Assembly (NCBI RefSeq): GCF_008000775.2
Contig: NZ_CP042905.2
Coordinates: forward strand, 1,770,001 to 1,802,000
Reading direction: 5' to 3'
Origin: Promethearchaeum syntrophicum
GTDB taxonomy: Archaea > Asgardarchaeota > Lokiarchaeia > Sigyniarchaeales > Promethearchaeaceae
Length of the DNA: 32,000 nucleotides
Every line of letters begins with the position of its first letter. The first letter of the stretch is position 1. This document shows positions 1 through 7,989 of the stretch, piece after piece. Below the pieces are notes generated by a model that searched no databases, was not told where the DNA came from, and saw nothing but the letters and a program-made list of their open reading frames with translations. Both the position numbers and the translations under genes were made by a program.

Positions 1-2555
1 ATCATTATGATACAGCAGTAGTCACTGTTGTTGGTCCACCAATACCAACGCCTTTTAATTGGCTAACATTAGCTGGTCCTCAAACATGTGATGTAGGAGA
101 TACAATCTATCTCACTTGGAAGGCTGAATCGGGTTTTAGTGATAGATGGACACAACTTGAACGAAGTCTGCATGGATATGACAATTGGATAAATGTTGAT
201 TCTACTGCTGGGTGGAGTGATGATGTTGATGTTACATTTGAAGTGACTGTACCCACTGATGTTGGTGTTGGAGAAACTGAAATTTATGATTATAGAGTAA
301 ACTTTCATGATGATTCTAGAGAAAACTATCATGATTCCAGTTATTATACCGGTAATCATTATAATATAACTGAAGTCACTGTTGTTGGTCCAAGGGCTTT
401 TAGTTGGTTAACGTTAGCTGGTCCCCAAACATGTGATTTAGAGGAAGGGAATACTATCTATCTCACTTGGAAGGCTGATTCGGGTTTTGGTGATGATAGA
501 TGGACAACCCTTGAACGAAGTCTGCTTGGAGAAGACGATTGGGAAGAGGTTGATTCTACTTCTGGGTGGAGTGATAATGAGGATGTTACATATGAAGTGA
601 CTGTACCTACTGTTGAATGGGGAGAAACTGAATATTATGAGTATAAAGTAAACTTTCATGATTCCAGTCCTGGTGATAATAATCATGAGCATATAGCAGA
701 AGTCACTGTTGTTGGTCTGCCAGGACCAACGCCTTTTAAGTGGCTAATAAATCCTCCTCTTGAGCAAACATGCTATTTAGGGGATGGGAATACTCTCTCT
801 CTCACTTGGAAGGCCGAATCAGGTTTTGATAATGATAGATGGGCAAAACTTGAATATAAAGTGAAAGGTATTGGCGATTGGATGCATGTTGAATATTATC
901 CTGGGTGGCTTGATAATGATGATGTTACATTTCCAGTGATTCTACCAGCGGTTCTTCCTGGAGATACTATCATCTATGAATATAAAGTAACCTTTCATGA
1001 TGATTCTAGAGTAAGCTTTTATGCTTCCAGTGAAAGTTCCGGTATTCATGAGGATACAGTAGAAGTCACTGTTGTTGGTGAGACAGCACTATATCTATCA
1101 TTGACTCCTCTAGAAAGAACTAGTTCATATGGGACAAGTATAAGTCTTATTTGGAAGGCCCATTCAACGCTAGATTCAGACCACACAGCAGAATTATTCC
1201 AAGATTCCGATCCTGATCCGATAGACAGTAAAGTTTGGACTGATGGTGAAGAAATTAGTTTTTCAGTCGATTTACCTGTAGTTTCTTATGGAATTCAAGA
1301 GGTCTATTACCACATAGTAGTATCTGATACATATGATACAGTTAATGATACAGTAAAAATCACAGTTACTGGGTTAGCTGATACCTTCTTATATGATGAT
1401 CCTGATGACGGTATGGGCAATCCAAAGGATTATTGTGGTGTTGCTTTTGTTGCTTGGGAAGAATCCTATAGTGCTTCTGATGTAGCATATAGTGGTGAAT
1501 TACCAGATCTAAATGAATTATACACATTAAAAGATTTTAATTATGTTCAAAATCTGAAAGATAATGGATATAAGGTATTCCATGTATCAGATTATGAGAA
1601 GGCAGAATATTTTGATGTGTTTCTCGAAGCGTTGGCTCTAGCAGATGTTTTTGATACACGGATGTTTGTTATGACATTCATGCACGGAGCTTTCTTAACG
1701 GGAACTGAATGGAAAGTTCCTAATGATTTTCTTGATGGAAGTGATATTACTTTTGGAGATTTTACAGATCAACTCACTCCTGAAAAAATTATAAGTTCTG
1801 CTGCTATTCATTATCCAGGATATGTTGCTGAAGGACAAGTTGAAGAATTGATATTTTATGCAGCTCCTTGTTTTGCAATGACAGCATTAATTCCTAATGG
1901 ATTAGGTTATAATCTTGGTACCGAAGATGATGGACTTAAGAGAATTTCAAAAGCCGGAGTTATATTTGGAGTTAAGGGGGAACAAGGAAAGGTTGCTGAT
2001 TTACCTCGCTTTCTTCATAACTATATAATCAATGGTTTTTCTCTAGTAACATCATATGATCATGCTCACGATGATGCAAGCGACGTGAGATATATACATT
2101 GGGGGACCACTGGTTATATATGGGACAAACCTTTGTTTTCTACAGATAAACCTAATTATTCTCCAATTAATGATGGGAAATTAGATCGTCATGAAAGTGA
2201 ATATATAAATCAATTATTGATTAGTGTTGAATATACTATAGGGCCTGATATTTATTTTCACTCTATAATTACAATTTCAACCTATATAGAAACCTCTGCT
2301 ACTGGTGATTATTTTACTAAATATAATTGGGCTGTAGATTACAGATATTATTATTATATGAACAAAGATGACATCATTACACACTTTGCGGATCCGGATC
2401 AAGATGCTTCTGAAATCTTTTGTGATTTCTTTTATGTTCTTCCTACTGGCGAATGGTTCATATTTGATGTGACATATTATAGTGATGGCTCCTATAACGA
2501 ATATCATACACCATCCTTTGGTGGTTGGGTATGTGAAATTGAGGTCCTATGGTAA
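1..2555 (+). CDS. Secreted/surface repeat protein, 5'-truncated by the window edge: at least 4 tandem beta-sandwich (Ig/FN3-like) modules plus a ~390-aa C-terminal region with a tentative clan-CD-like His/Cys dyad
   Basis: The frame of the 243..2555 ORF stays open back to nt 3 (HYDTAVVTVVGPPIPTPFNW...), so GTG 243 is not the real start. Modules end in (E)VTVVG and carry LTWKA-SGF-DDRW and Y-YKVNFHD motifs. The C-terminal part has FVMTFMHGAF (His codon 1683-1685) and LIFYAAPCFAM (Cys codon 1869-1871). Stop TAA 2553-2555 is followed by a T12 run. Confidence 0.8.
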   Translation, partial: HYDTAVVTVVGPPIPTPFNWLTLAGPQTCDVGDTIYLTWKAESGFSDRWTQLERSLHGYDNWINVDSTAGWSDDVDVTFEVTVPTDVGVGETEIYDYRVNFHDDSRENYHDSSYYTGNHYNITEVTVVGPRAFSWLTLAGPQTCDLEEGNTIYLTWKADSGFGDDRWTTLERSLLGEDDWEEVDSTSGWSDNEDVTYEVTVPTVEWGETEYYEYKVNFHDSSPGDNNHEHIAEVTVVGLPGPTPFKWLINPPLEQTCYLGDGNTLSLTWKAESGFDNDRWAKLEYKVKGIGDWMHVEYYPGWLDNDDVTFPVILPAVLPGDTIIYEYKVTFHDDSRVSFYASSESSGIHEDTVEVTVVGETALYLSLTPLERTSSYGTSISLIWKAHSTLDSDHTAELFQDSDPDPIDSKVWTDGEEISFSVDLPVVSYGIQEVYYHIVVSDTYDTVNDTVKITVTGLADTFLYDDPDDGMGNPKDYCGVAFVAWEESYSASDVAYSGELPDLNELYTLKDFNYVQNLKDNGYKVFHVSDYEKAEYFDVFLEALALADVFDTRMFVMTFMHGAFLTGTEWKVPNDFLDGSDITFGDFTDQLTPEKIISSAAIHYPGYVAEGQVEELIFYAAPCFAMTALIPNGLGYNLGTEDDGLKRISKAGVIFGVKGEQGKVADLPRFLHNYIINGFSLVTSYDHAHDDASDVRYIHWGTTGYIWDKPLFSTDKPNYSPINDGKLDRHESEYINQLLISVEYTIGPDIYFHSIITISTYIETSATGDYFTKYNWAVDYRYYYYMNKDDIITHFADPDQDASEIFCDFFYVLPTGEWFIFDVTYYSDGSYNEYHTPSFGGWVCEIEVLW
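21..1375 (+). repeat. In-frame tandem coding repeat, four units starting at about 21, 375, 702 and 1065 (periods about 354, 327, 363 and ~297 bp)
   Basis: Each unit starts with GTCACTGTTGTTGGT. Units 1 and 2 share long identical runs (TCTATCTCACTTGGAAGGCTGA, CTTGAACGAAGTCTGC, CTGGGTGGAGTGAT, TGAAGTGACTGTACC). Unit 4 is much more diverged. Confidence 0.85.
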
Positions 2556-2563
2556 TAACATCC

Positions 2564-2575
2564 TTTTTTTTTTTT
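2564..2575 (+). terminator. Oligo-T (T12) archaeal-type terminator after the repeat-protein gene
   Basis: T12 run begins 9 nt after stop codon 2553-2555. Confidence 0.55.
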
Positions 2576-2809
2576 ACATTTTTTCAAAAATAAATCCCAT
2601 TTGATGGGTATGAAGGCTATATATTTCAGTTGATTCAACAGATATGGTCATCTTAATTTTATCTTTTTATTCAAGGAGCGAAGTTCGTTGCTTAAATTCT
2701 TCAATTTTAACTCTTTTTGAGGCTTTATTGGATCTTTCGATGATAATTTCTCAATATCTGCTTGTAAATCGATAAAGGACTAAATTTTCTTTTTTTTTTT
2801 ATTGATTTA

Positions 2810-3373
2810 TTGTTGTTTTTTATTAAGATAGATTCCCAAATGATGAAAAGGGCCGCAGCTATAGTTGCTAATATACTTTCCATAAACCCAATTTTAGGAC
2901 CTGATGATCTTAGGGATTTTCTTAGATCCACTGCAGAAAAAGGATCTGATTACGATTATTTTGATAGAAGCCTCCTCCCTGGAGGGTGGCCAAGTGGATG
3001 GAATAGGAAAGTTGGGTATGGAACAATTGCAAATGGTATATACACTATAGCCGAAACATATTGGGATCCAATTCCGCTCCCTACAATCACTTCACCGCCA
3101 GATATATATGTGGGGTCCGGATCAAGTGGCAACCAAATCTCTTGGACAGCAGATTCATCCCAGCCATTATTTCAGCATATATATGAAATATATATAAATA
3201 ATGATATACGGTATTATGGGGCCTATAATGATGGTATTACATTTATTTATACTTTTGCTGCCCCGATTGTAACACCAAGTCATCAAATTAATGTTATTTA
3301 TAAATGCTGTGTATATAACGCATTTGGATATACTGAAGATATTTTGGTTGTTACCGTAGTCGGTGATTATTAA
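2810..3373 (+). CDS. Subtilisin-like (S8) peptidase C-terminal fragment plus one Ig/FN3-like module; probable gene remnant lacking the catalytic core
   Basis: AAAIVANILSINPILGPDDLRDFLRSTAEK and NRKVGYGTIANG match the helix after the catalytic Ser and the C-terminal GYG motif of S8 subtilases. No Asp/His/Ser catalytic regions or signal peptide lie upstream: the frame closes at TAA 2765-2767 and a T13 tract precedes the ORF. Start is TTG 2810 or ATG 2840. The tail ends ILVVTVVGDY, like the upstream gene's modules. Confidence 0.55.
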   Translation: MLFFIKIDSQMMKRAAAIVANILSINPILGPDDLRDFLRSTAEKGSDYDYFDRSLLPGGWPSGWNRKVGYGTIANGIYTIAETYWDPIPLPTITSPPDIYVGSGSSGNQISWTADSSQPLFQHIYEIYINNDIRYYGAYNDGITFIYTFAAPIVTPSHQINVIYKCCVYNAFGYTEDILVVTVVGDY

Positions 3374-3461
3374 TTCCTAAAAATTACCGAGATCTTTCGT
3401 GATATTTTTTAATCACGTTTTTTTCTACTTTTTTTAGATAAAAATCGCTTACTCAATTTGA

Positions 3462-3474
3462 TTTTATATATTTA
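3462..3474 (+). promoter_or_regulatory. TATA-box-like element (TTTTATATATTTA) about 25 nt upstream of the Hef ATG; implies a leaderless or near-leaderless mRNA
   Basis: Distance from element centre to ATG 3493 matches the archaeal TATA-to-TSS spacing of about 25-27 nt. Confidence 0.45.
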
Positions 3475-3492
3475 TGATTTCTAATTCTATAG

Positions 3493-5607
3493 ATGATTAT
3501 TACAACCGTAAATCAAAATTTATTCTTGAATATATGGCAACCAAGCGCGCCCAAACCCAGAAAATACCAGCTTAACATATTCGCACATGCAAAAAAGGAA
3601 AATTTGTTAGTGGTTATTCCAACGGGGTTAGGAAAAACGTATATTGCCACACTTCTTGGAGTTCACTTTCTAAAAAAATTTGAAGGATCCAAAAACATAA
3701 TTTTTCTTGCTCCTACTCGTCCTCTTATCTCTCAACATATCCAATCCCATAAAAACCATGTAAATTTAGGAGAACTTGGATTCATGGAACTCACGGGAAA
3801 GATCAAACCAGAGAAAAGAAAGGAAATTTTTGAAAATCCCGAAACCCAATTTTTATTCATGACTCCCCAAACTCTCAGAAATGATCTCCAAAAAGAACTC
3901 TACAATCTTCACAATACAGCCCTCATTATTTTTGATGAAGCCCATCGGGCAACAGGAGAATATGCCTATGTGCCGATCGCGGAATTTTACCACAAGCAAA
4001 ACCCCGAAGGAAGAATTTTGGCATTAACCGCATCCCCTGGAAAAAAAGAACATCGAGAAATGATTCTTAATAACCTGCATATTCCCCTGAAAAACATTGA
4101 ACGAAGAGAAAAGCAAGATTCGGATGTCAAAGACTATACCCATAAAATCGACGAGATTATAATTGGAGTCGATTTAACCCAAGAAATGAAGGAAATTCGC
4201 GATGGGTTGCTTGAGATTAAAGAAAAAACTATTGCTCAATATATTGAATTTAACCTCAATTACGATCCCGAAGCCCCCACGGATCCCCAAAAATACCATC
4301 GGGGATATTGTGCGAAACAGGTAAGGCGTCTCACAAGTGCCCTCACCAAAAATCAAGGAGGAAACACGCGAACTCTTAGGATATTAATTTCTATGAATGC
4401 CCGTCTGTTCAAAATCCATCATCTTATCGCCACTCTTGAAGTGCAAGGGCTTGATATCACGTTCAAAGCGGCGGAAAAAATGAAAAAGAAGATCGATAAA
4501 GGAGTGGCTTCCAAAGCGGATGTCTTTCTTTTTCGCGATTTTACATTCCAAAAAATTTGGAATTATATGTGTGAAATTCATACTAATACCCCCGAAAAAA
4601 TGACGCATCCGAAAATGACACGTCTTATCAGCGTTATTTCCTCGCAATTGGAAGACGCACCCGAGAGCAGAATACTTATTTTTGCCGATCTAAGAGATAC
4701 CGTCACAAGAATAACTCGAGAATTAAACAAAATCCCTAATTGTAGGGCAAAAAAATTTGTGGGGCAAGCAACCAAAAATGCTGCAGATAAAGGACTGAGT
4801 CAAAAAGCACAAATTCAACTTCTTAGGGAATTTTCAGCAGGCACATATAATATCTTGGTTGCCACATGCGTAGCGCAAGAGGGGTTGGATATCTCGGAAT
4901 GCAATGTGGTTATTTTCTATGATAATTCCGCATCGGAGATCAAATCCATTCAGCGATCGGGGAGAACAGGAAGATCAAAGGATGGAAAAATTATCAGGCT
5001 ATATACCAAGAACACCCAAGAAGCCATGAATTTATACATCACCCAAAGAAGAAAGAAAGGGGCGAAACCCCATTTTCACCTTCCAAACGTGAAACCATCA
5101 AAATCCCTATTGGATTATTCTAACCATAATAAAATTTCTCCACCAAATGATTCCATTATTCCAAAATTAGAGGGAGAAAAGCCCGAAATCTCCGTGCAAA
5201 TCAACCCCCAAATTTATGATGCATATAATTTAGGTGCTGCCGTCCCCGTGGAATTTGCGGTAAATAAAAAACAAGGGAATTTCGATTTGAGTTTCCCTGT
5301 GCCGATCACCCAAGTCGGGATAGCTGTAATGAATTCCACCATGGTGTCACTGGTTAAATTTGATACGCTTTTTCTACGGAATCTCGATAGAAAGAAGGAT
5401 ACCGTCAAAACCTTTATTATTTTACTGGATGCCCGCGATATTTCTGAAAATGACAGGATCCTTCTAACGAAGAGAATCGAATCAATAAAAAAAATCACGG
5501 GGATCGGAATTATTCTTTTCTCATCGATTGAAAAGTTCCACTTGATGATAAGAACTATTCTCGCAAAATATAACAAGAGTATTCAGAATGAACTGATTGG
5601 TGGTTGA
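3493..5607 (+). CDS. hef: Hef/FANCM-family SF2 helicase with a C-terminal ERCC4-fold-like domain lacking the nuclease catalytic motif and lacking (HhH)2
   Basis: Collinear with archaeal Hef: VVIPTGLGKTYIA (Walker A), IIFDEAHRATGEYAY (DEAH), LTASPG, HPKM, FVGQA...GLSQKAQ, ILVATCVAQEGLDISECNVVIFYD, IQRSGRTGR. The C-terminus GIGIILFSSIEKFHLMIRTILAK resembles the end of the Hef nuclease core. Confidence 0.9.
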   Translation: MIITTVNQNLFLNIWQPSAPKPRKYQLNIFAHAKKENLLVVIPTGLGKTYIATLLGVHFLKKFEGSKNIIFLAPTRPLISQHIQSHKNHVNLGELGFMELTGKIKPEKRKEIFENPETQFLFMTPQTLRNDLQKELYNLHNTALIIFDEAHRATGEYAYVPIAEFYHKQNPEGRILALTASPGKKEHREMILNNLHIPLKNIERREKQDSDVKDYTHKIDEIIIGVDLTQEMKEIRDGLLEIKEKTIAQYIEFNLNYDPEAPTDPQKYHRGYCAKQVRRLTSALTKNQGGNTRTLRILISMNARLFKIHHLIATLEVQGLDITFKAAEKMKKKIDKGVASKADVFLFRDFTFQKIWNYMCEIHTNTPEKMTHPKMTRLISVISSQLEDAPESRILIFADLRDTVTRITRELNKIPNCRAKKFVGQATKNAADKGLSQKAQIQLLREFSAGTYNILVATCVAQEGLDISECNVVIFYDNSASEIKSIQRSGRTGRSKDGKIIRLYTKNTQEAMNLYITQRRKKGAKPHFHLPNVKPSKSLLDYSNHNKISPPNDSIIPKLEGEKPEISVQINPQIYDAYNLGAAVPVEFAVNKKQGNFDLSFPVPITQVGIAVMNSTMVSLVKFDTLFLRNLDRKKDTVKTFIILLDARDISENDRILLTKRIESIKKITGIGIILFSSIEKFHLMIRTILAKYNKSIQNELIGG

Positions 5608-5650
5608 TTTATCGTTTGATAAGTATATTTAAAAAAATACCCACGGAAAT

Positions 5651-6991
5651 TTAGGAAGATCTTATCCTCAAATTCTTGTGCAAGATTAAAGAAATTCCAA
5701 TTAGTGAGATGATTCCTATCATAAATAAGGGAGGTCCAGCTATGGATTTTGTACTAATTTCAAATTTTGGGGATATATCATATATAGCATCATCATCCGT
5801 GTCAAGTACTAGCACTTGATAATCATCTCCATCATACACATCCTCTTCAGTTATCGTCCACGTTCCCGCCCATCCATATTCTTCCTGAGTATAGTCATTG
5901 TTATATGTGAGATGCCAATTTGCAATGGTTTCAACATAGACGCTGTCTTTATACAAATAAATGCCCACAGTTTCGATATACCCTGTGGTCTCAATACGTA
6001 TTAAATTTTCGCCCACTTCAAATTGAGAAGAAATATTTGGGGAGAGTAAGGTGATGGAGGGATCATCTCCGTTATGGTTAATTTTAAAATAATTTGAATA
6101 GGAATATACATTGGGATCTTCATAATCGGTCAATTTAATTCGGTATCGGTCGCCTCGATAATCATCAAAGCTATATATTGTCCAAATAAAGGAACCTGAA
6201 TTTTCCTCATATCCCGAATATCCATGTAATTCTTCCAGATATAATCCTTCATCATATAGGGCGATTTTTACTTTCTCAATATTTCCGATGGTATTCCAAG
6301 AAATTGTGTAATCTTCACCAGATACCCATATTGAGAAACTTGAAGGGGATAGAATTGAAAAACTCGCGTCCTCAAGATATGTCCAGATTAAATAGGGTAA
6401 ATTATTCTCACCATATTCATATTCCCGAGAATATATGATTATGGTATCAAAAGATCCCAAATCACAACATACGGCAAGAAACAATTGATCTCCCTCAATA
6501 TAATCTGTTACATTAATATTGATTATCCCATCTCCTGTGAGGGTGAAGGTTGCGATTTTATTTCCAAAAGAGGGTTTAGTGTTCCATGTAACAGAACTTT
6601 CCTCCCAACTTGATGTGTTAAAAATTTCAACTTCGGTGGTTTCTCCAACACTCCAAAAATCTAAGGCAATTTCCGCTCTTAGGTATTCTGCAGGTTTATC
6701 GGTAAAATTAAAGGAAAGTAATGCGATACTTCTATTATTGTCTCCGACATAAAACCAATCTTGCCCTCCGTAATTGGAAGATGGGTAATCTGCATCAATA
6801 TATGTGTCTTGTTCTGCAACGGTTTTAATCGTTGTGTTCCGTTCAATCGCCCCCGATGGAGGCTGTTCAATGTCACTAGTATGCCAAGATCCTCTTGTGT
6901 CGCATAGTGGAGTTGGTTCAGCGAAATTTTCAGAAATTGGGGTGAACAAAAGAAGTATAAAACCTATAAGTATCCTATTTTTGCTTTTCAT
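5651..6991 (-). CDS. Surface protein: signal peptide, DNRLRE-type (carbohydrate-binding-like) domain, two Kre9/KNH-like Ig modules, C-terminal TM anchor
   Basis: N-terminus MKSKNRILIGFILLLFTPISENFA. EQDTYIDADYPSSNYGGQDWFYVG...SIALLSFNF...EVEIFNTSSWEESSVTWNTKP fits the DNRLRE-domain pattern. FSILSPSSFSIWVSGEDYTISWNT...VKIALYD and ITLLSPNISSQFEVGENLIRIETTG...VGIYLYKD are repeated modules. C-terminus is AGPPLFMIGIISLIGISLILHKNLRIRSS. Confidence 0.8.
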   Translation of the reverse strand: MKSKNRILIGFILLLFTPISENFAEPTPLCDTRGSWHTSDIEQPPSGAIERNTTIKTVAEQDTYIDADYPSSNYGGQDWFYVGDNNRSIALLSFNFTDKPAEYLRAEIALDFWSVGETTEVEIFNTSSWEESSVTWNTKPSFGNKIATFTLTGDGIININVTDYIEGDQLFLAVCCDLGSFDTIIIYSREYEYGENNLPYLIWTYLEDASFSILSPSSFSIWVSGEDYTISWNTIGNIEKVKIALYDEGLYLEELHGYSGYEENSGSFIWTIYSFDDYRGDRYRIKLTDYEDPNVYSYSNYFKINHNGDDPSITLLSPNISSQFEVGENLIRIETTGYIETVGIYLYKDSVYVETIANWHLTYNNDYTQEEYGWAGTWTITEEDVYDGDDYQVLVLDTDDDAIYDISPKFEISTKSIAGPPLFMIGIISLIGISLILHKNLRIRSS

Positions 6992-7092
6992 TTGATTTCA
7001 TTTACAAATTATTGCTTGAGTATAAAAATGTTACCAAGTTATCATTGATGTTAAATTATAATTTCATTGAAGATTTTGGTCTTATAACCAAC

Positions 7093-7806
7093 TTAGGTAT
7101 TGAGGGATCGGTACAATTTTCGATACCTGGAACAAACATTTACAAGGGTATTATTGGATTTCTTTTTTTTTTGTTTCTTAAATTTGCGACTTTTGCGAGA
7201 AGACTCAAATCCTTCGAAATCATCAATAAACTCTTTCCATTCGGCTTCATGGTGATGTTCACCCTTGTCTTCCTGAACTTTCTTTTCGTATACCGAGCAC
7301 AGTTCTTCAAAGATATGATCGGTTAGCAGAAAGGTAATGGTCTGGTTATTCTCGAACATGGCCATTATTTCATTTTTTTGCTCGGATTTCCCCTTTTCAA
7401 TCAGATGCACAAAGATATTGGTATCCAACACCACCATGGAATCCGCCGGGAGTTTATCGATATCTTGGGGCCAATAACAATCATAATCGAGATAGGCGGT
7501 AATTTGCGTCAGCAGGTGGTGATCATACGAAACTACCCCAAATCCATTCTCCGCCGCAATATAGGCAAGGGCAAAATCATCAAAGGAAAAGGGGATCGGA
7601 TGGTAGGGATTCTCTTTTTCAATGAATTCGTAATGTTCCTGGTAAGCACCAAATTTGAAAAAAGGAACGTGGAGATGATTGATATTAGTAAGCACCGCTT
7701 TAGACAAATTCATCTGAAGTAATTTGGAACGGATCTTATCTCGATTATATAAAGAGCGGATTACCAAATGTTTATTGATATCTTCGATGAATTGGGGGCT
7801 GGTCAT
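7093..7806 (-). CDS. PIN-domain protein (one complete-looking PIN plus a second N-terminal PIN half) with a Lys-rich tail
   Basis: FIEDINKHLV, QEHYEFIE, FDDFALAYIAAENGFGVVSYDHHLL supply the four acidic PIN positions. A second MVVLDTNIFVHLIE...FLLTDHIFEEL segment follows. Tail is RKSRKFKKQKKKKS. Confidence 0.6.
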   Translation of the reverse strand: MTSPQFIEDINKHLVIRSLYNRDKIRSKLLQMNLSKAVLTNINHLHVPFFKFGAYQEHYEFIEKENPYHPIPFSFDDFALAYIAAENGFGVVSYDHHLLTQITAYLDYDCYWPQDIDKLPADSMVVLDTNIFVHLIEKGKSEQKNEIMAMFENNQTITFLLTDHIFEELCSVYEKKVQEDKGEHHHEAEWKEFIDDFEGFESSRKSRKFKKQKKKKSNNTLVNVCSRYRKLYRSLNT

Positions 7807-7830
7807 ATCTGATATAATTCAATATTTCGC

Positions 7831-7838
7831 TATTTAAA
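7831..7838 (-). promoter_or_regulatory. TATA-like element (TTTAAATA on the minus strand) about 28 nt upstream of the PIN gene ATG
   Basis: Spacing to ATG (complement of 7804-7806) is consistent with a leaderless transcript. Confidence 0.35.
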
Positions 7839-7989
7839 CCACGAAGAATTCCGAGGATTATAGTAAATAATTAATTTGAGTGAAAATCCGATTTTAAATA
7901 CTAACGATATTTTCTACAAATACTTAAGCACAATTTTTTTATAGGAGTTTAACAAAATTATGTCTAATAAAAGTCAAAAGTGAATTCAA

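Noticed and set aside
69-692. Minus-strand ORFs 69..359 and 438..692 (96 and 84 aa)
   Set aside because: They lie antisense to the strongly supported repeat-protein frame and mirror its tandem repeat. Both read as low-complexity I/F/S-rich sequence with no independent signals.
21-1375. Tandem repeats as a possible CRISPR or satellite array
   Set aside because: The period is about 300-360 bp, far larger than a CRISPR repeat-spacer unit. The units are in frame and encode a conserved protein module. No short palindromic repeats, unique spacers or cas genes are present.
2725-2931. Minus-strand 68-aa ORF in the gap before the subtilase fragment
   Set aside because: It overlaps the start of the plus-strand ORF that has clear S8 similarity. 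It is K/I-rich low complexity with no promoter or start context.
7012-7722. Plus-strand ORFs 7012..7326 and 7378..7722
   Set aside because: They are antisense to the PIN gene, which has recognisable motifs and a G/C3 codon bias that tends to leave the opposite strand open. Their translations are hydrophobic or low-complexity without motifs.
3493-7806. Helicase plus PIN nuclease as a defence or toxin module
   Set aside because: The helicase is collinear with housekeeping Hef over its whole length. The PIN gene is on the opposite strand and separated by an unrelated surface-protein gene. No methylase, ATPase or antitoxin partners are present.
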